This document shows, one piece after another, positions 60,147-64,000 of a stretch of 64,000 bases of DNA. Below the pieces are notes generated by a model that saw nothing but the letters and a program-made list of their open reading frames with translations, had not been told where the DNA came from and did not search any database. Within the stretch, counting starts at the first letter, position 1. Each line of letters starts with the position of its first letter. The translations under genes were made by a program, and so were the position numbers. The DNA lies in assembly GCA_965214605.1 (NCBI GenBank), contig OZ243961.1, forward strand, positions 2,528,001 to 2,592,000, read 5' to 3'. The stretch comes from an uncultured Candidatus Binatia bacterium. GTDB lineage: Bacteria; Desulfobacterota; Binatia; Bin18.

Positions 60147-61262
60147 CTAGACTTCGATGTTATACAGCTTAGCCGCGGTATCGTGAACGATCTTCCGCCG
60201 GTCGGTCTCGTCAAGCTCACTAAACGTTTTGTTGATGAAGTCTTGCGAGCGCGGCCAGGTGGCGGCGGTATGCGGGTAGTCTGAGGACCACATCGTGTTA
60301 TCCGGGCCGTACAGGTCGAGGGTACGGATGAAAAGCGGTTCATTGATGAAGGTAGCGTAGACCTGGCGTTTGATGTAGTCGCTGGGCTTGAGGCTCAATT
60401 CTGCTGGCGTGCCCATCGAACCCAAGCGACCATGGATCAAATCCATCCGCCACATGAAGTACGGCATCCATGCCACATCGTTCTCGGCCGAGACAACCTT
60501 CAGGTTCGGAAAACGTTCCAGGACGCCACCGAGCACGAACACGGCCAGCGAGCGTTCGACTTCGTGGTACAGGGTGGTCGCTTGCAGCGCCAAGTTGTTG
60601 CTAAAGAAGTCAATGCCGGTGCCCTTGCGGCCGGTCAGGATATGTAACGACAGGGGCATATTGAGCTCGGACGCTGCTGCCCAAAATGGATCATACACAG
60701 AATCGCTATAAGGGGTGTCCCCAGGCGGCTCGGCCCAGATCATTGCCCCGCGAATGCCTTTTTTGGCACACCGTTCGAGCTCTTTGGTGCCGGCCTGAAT
60801 GTCTTCAAGGGTAATCAGACCGAGCGGCAGCAGGCGTTTGGGGTCGTGGCTGCAATATTCGGCGGCCCAGTCGTTATAGGCGGAGAAACAGGCGGCCCGT
60901 AGCTCGACGTCATCGAGCATATAGAGCGGCATCCCCATTGAGGTGTAGATCGCCTCGGCGATCACGCCGTCTCGGTCCTGGTCCTTAATCCGGGCGGCCG
61001 GGTCCCACACCGACGCGGGGGCCTGATCCATGCCTTTTTTATTGTGCTCGGGCAGGTCGGCCGAAGGGACGCCAGCGCCAAAAAATGCCGCAACCGGGAA
61101 GGGAGAGATGTTTTCGCACACAAAATACTCGCCCTCTTTGCCGTTCAGATCTTTGACGGTATGGGGCGCCTTGTCCCGGAACTTCTTATCTAGGCGTTCC
61201 TTCCACATGCTGGGCGGCTCTACAAAATGCGAATCCGCTGAAATAACACTATAGTCTGCCAT
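60147..61262 (-). CDS. amidohydrolase_2 family hydrolase (close paralog of 29574-30689)
   Basis: Same length (371 aa), long identical peptide blocks. Confidence 0.9.
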   Translation of the reverse strand: MADYSVISADSHFVEPPSMWKERLDKKFRDKAPHTVKDLNGKEGEYFVCENISPFPVAAFFGAGVPSADLPEHNKKGMDQAPASVWDPAARIKDQDRDGVIAEAIYTSMGMPLYMLDDVELRAACFSAYNDWAAEYCSHDPKRLLPLGLITLEDIQAGTKELERCAKKGIRGAMIWAEPPGDTPYSDSVYDPFWAAASELNMPLSLHILTGRKGTGIDFFSNNLALQATTLYHEVERSLAVFVLGGVLERFPNLKVVSAENDVAWMPYFMWRMDLIHGRLGSMGTPAELSLKPSDYIKRQVYATFINEPLFIRTLDLYGPDNTMWSSDYPHTAATWPRSQDFINKTFSELDETDRRKIVHDTAAKLYNIEV

Positions 61263-61451
61263 ACCAGATCCTCCTTCTCTCCGTTAAGTTTGCTTATCTA
61301 CCCCTCCCGTCGCCCCCTCCACAGGTTTATCCCAGCTTCCTCCTTAGCAGCGTCACGATACGCCTTTTTTCCCGCACAATGCAAGAGTCGTGAGAAAATC
61401 GGGATTGCCGGATGGCTCACAAGCCTGGTAAGATCCCCTATCCCACCCCAT

Positions 61452-61525
61452 GCCCCCGTAGCTCAGCCGGATAGAGCATCGGATTCCTAATCCGAGGGTC
61501 GTGCGTTCGAATCGCGCCGGGGGCA
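61452..61525 (+). tRNA. tRNA-Arg(CCT)
   Basis: GCCCCCG acceptor stem pairing with CGGGGGC, D-arm AGCTCAGCCGGATAGAGC, anticodon arm TCGGA-TTCCTAA-TCCGA, T-loop GTTCGAATC; CCA not encoded. Confidence 0.95.
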
Positions 61526-61820
61526 TCTCATGACTTGGAAGGACCTGCGGGAGGGGTGGGGGAGGTGTCGCGGCCCTTCTAAACAGGGAGGCGTGGCCAC
61601 GTTGTAATTGGTATCAAAAGCTGTTTCCGGGCCGGCTCCAACAGGTTGGGGTCGGGCGGTTCTGATGGCTGACCCTATGGCTGGCTCTGTGGGACTCAAT
61701 GGCACGCGCCCAAGGAGGGACGAATTTTCTCCTCAGAGTAAGGAGAACTGCTATTGTCGGATTTTTATTTTTGATGGAAGTTGTTCGCAGACATGCAACG
61801 CCCGAACTGTCGTGCAGCCG

Positions 61821-63086
61821 CTATTCGTCTCCGTACGCCTCGGCCAACAGGTCTACGGTATGCACGGCTTCAATTGACACGCCCCGCTGCTGTAAGCCGG
61901 CCCGAATCTGCATCAGGCAACCGGGATTGCCCATCACGACCGTCTCGGCTTGGGTGCTCTGAATGTTGTCGACTTTGCGGTGCATAAGCCGCTCGGCCAT
62001 CTCGGGTTCCGTGATATTATACGTACCGGCACTGCCACAACACCAGTCAGACTCGGGGAGCTCTTTGAGCAGCAGACCCGGAATAGCCGCAAGCAGCGCA
62101 CGCGGTTGGGCACGCACCTTTTGACCGTGGGCCAAGTGGCAGGCATCGTGATAAGTGACGGTTTTGTTCAGGGTCTTGGTCGGCTTGGTCGGCTCAATCT
62201 CGGCCAGAAACTCCGAGACGTCTTTCATCTTGGCCACTAGCTGCTCAGCCCGCCCACGGTACACCGGGTCGTTTTTGAGCAGCTCACCATACTCTTTCAT
62301 CATCGCCCCGCAGCCCGAGGCATTAATGATCAGGGCGTCGATTTCAAGATCGCTGAAGACCTCAATATTGCGTCGCACCAGCGCCAGGGCCTTGTTGTTG
62401 CCGTTATGCAACAACAAGGCTCCGCAACAGGCTTGACTTTTGGGTACGAGAACCTCACAGCCGTTGTGGCGCAGGACTTTCACGGTGGCTTCATTGGTTG
62501 CGCCAAACAGTTCAGGCATGACACAGCCGGACAGCATAGCCACCCGGTAGCGCTGCTCCCCAATGGGGGGGTAGCGGTCGTGCAGTGCGGCCGAGGACAG
62601 TCTGCCTCGGTCCGGAATAAGGCCAAAGTGGAGACGCAGGCGGGGGGGCAGCCAGGCGGCTCGGGCCAAGCGACCTAGTCCCAGCAGTGAGCCGAATCTG
62701 AGGAGCCCGGCGAACAGGTACATACCAACCGGGTTGGGAAAAATCGAATCAATGGCCCAACGGGTGAGGCGTTCGGTCAGCGGCCGCTTGTAGTGCTGCT
62801 CAATATACGGCCGGGCTCCTTCGATTAGCGCCCCATACTGCACCCCGGACGGACACGCTGTCTCGCATGCCCGACAGCCCAGGCACAGATCAAGATGCCG
62901 CACGACTTCAGAATCCAGACCAAAGCGGCCCTCTTGCAGCGACCGCAGCGTCAGGATCCTGCCCCGTGGAGAGTCCATCTCGGTCCCCAATTCGGCGTAG
63001 GTCGGGCAAAATGGGAGGCACAGTCCGCAGTGCACACAGTCAAAGAATTTCTCGTGATCAACAAAATTGGCGGGTTCGTGTGGCAT
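61821..63086 (-). CDS. glcF: glycolate oxidase iron-sulfur subunit
   Basis: CVHCGLCLPFCPTY, CLGCRACETACPSG, two CCG domains, YHDACHLAHGQ. Confidence 0.9.
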   Translation of the reverse strand: MPHEPANFVDHEKFFDCVHCGLCLPFCPTYAELGTEMDSPRGRILTLRSLQEGRFGLDSEVVRHLDLCLGCRACETACPSGVQYGALIEGARPYIEQHYKRPLTERLTRWAIDSIFPNPVGMYLFAGLLRFGSLLGLGRLARAAWLPPRLRLHFGLIPDRGRLSSAALHDRYPPIGEQRYRVAMLSGCVMPELFGATNEATVKVLRHNGCEVLVPKSQACCGALLLHNGNNKALALVRRNIEVFSDLEIDALIINASGCGAMMKEYGELLKNDPVYRGRAEQLVAKMKDVSEFLAEIEPTKPTKTLNKTVTYHDACHLAHGQKVRAQPRALLAAIPGLLLKELPESDWCCGSAGTYNITEPEMAERLMHRKVDNIQSTQAETVVMGNPGCLMQIRAGLQQRGVSIEAVHTVDLLAEAYGDE

Positions 63087-63093
63087 ACGAAGC

Positions 63094-64000
63094 CTAAATG
63101 CCTCCGACAAATCTGCCGGGGTTGAGCACCTGGTGAGGATCAAAGGTTTCTTTGAGCTTCTTCATCAGCGGGAAGGCGCTGCCGGGCGGCCCCCACACAT
63201 CGATCTGGTCTTTCACGCTTGGATCAATCTGTTCAACAACAAGATAGCCATTCATCTTCTTGACCAGGATACGCATCCAGTCAAGCAGGGAGACGAGTTG
63301 CTCGGTCGGGACGGCGTCAGGACGGACAAAACGACTGTAGACAAGACCATTCCCGGCCCGAGCCTGAAACTGGACAGCGAGGCCGCGGAGGCCGACCTCT
63401 TCTTCCACCAAGCGACAAAACTCGGCTACCTGAGCGGGGAGCAGACCGGTTTTGCAGCGTAACCCGGCCTGACCGCTAATCGGAAAATCGCGCAGGGCAA
63501 CGACGAGATCGTAGGCAGCCGGGCCTTCGAGAGGTTCGAGGCGTATCCCGGTCTGGCTAGCCAGCCCGCTTAGACGCCGGCGTTGATAGTCGACCTCTTG
63601 GGGCACCCCTGCCAGGCCAATAACCAGCCGAAATTCGGCCGAATCATCGGCAGGGTGAGCTGGATCCACATTCGTCAGCTCTAAAAAGGAGAGCTGCAGT
63701 TCAGCAGTAATCTGCCGCAGAGCGACTTGCATGGCCTGATCGACCGAGGGAAAACGCAACACCACAATAGCCTGAGCTTCCGGTCGGGGCCGGATCTTAA
63801 AAGTCGCCTCAACGATGACCCCCAGAGTGCCGAGTGACCCACAGTAGAGCTTGGCTAAATCATAGCCGGCCACGTTTTTGACCACCCGTCCACCGCCTTT
63901 GACCACCGAGCCATCCGCACGGACAACTCTCAGCCCAATCAGAAAATCGCGGACCGTGCCCTGTGAGAGGCGAGACGGACCGCTTAGGTTAGTTGCGATC
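63094..64000 (-). CDS. glcE: glycolate oxidase FAD-binding subunit (5' end beyond window)
   Basis: GGRVVKNVAGYDL, GSLGTLG, FDPHQVLNPGRF; upstream of glcF. Confidence 0.85.
   Translation of the reverse strand, partial: IATNLSGPSRLSQGTVRDFLIGLRVVRADGSVVKGGGRVVKNVAGYDLAKLYCGSLGTLGVIVEATFKIRPRPEAQAIVVLRFPSVDQAMQVALRQITAELQLSFLELTNVDPAHPADDSAEFRLVIGLAGVPQEVDYQRRRLSGLASQTGIRLEPLEGPAAYDLVVALRDFPISGQAGLRCKTGLLPAQVAEFCRLVEEEVGLRGLAVQFQARAGNGLVYSRFVRPDAVPTEQLVSLLDWMRILVKKMNGYLVVEQIDPSVKDQIDVWGPPGSAFPLMKKLKETFDPHQVLNPGRFVGGI

Noticed and set aside
61452-61820. tRNA-Arg as an integration site
   Set aside because: No integrase and no duplicated tRNA 3' end seen; flanks are ordinary metabolic genes

Overview
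GC-rich bacterial chromosomal segment. The gene repertoire (DUF1329/DUF1302 pair, expanded CoA-transferase III, amidohydrolase-2 and LLM families, ptsP, cinA-thpR-recA) resembles Binatia/Entotheonella-like deltaproteobacteria; this is inference only. It is mostly catabolic and housekeeping genes, with several frameshifted or decayed genes and one tRNA-Arg(CCT). Three accessory features stand out. (1) An ORF-free ~480-nt region (about 29075-29560) with a well-spaced sigma70-type promoter, extensive nested long-range pairing and a potential pseudoknot: a candidate large structured ncRNA. (2) An ~8.3-kb island bracketed by a decayed ~500-bp direct duplication, carrying a type I R-M operon co-oriented with a translationally coupled TIGR04255 / unknown / ART-like-toxin triad: a candidate defence module. 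(3) A cas-less 5-repeat type I-E-like CRISPR array abutting the stop codon of a DUF790 nuclease gene, next to a GmrSD-like remnant. All family assignments come from motif recognition, not database searches.
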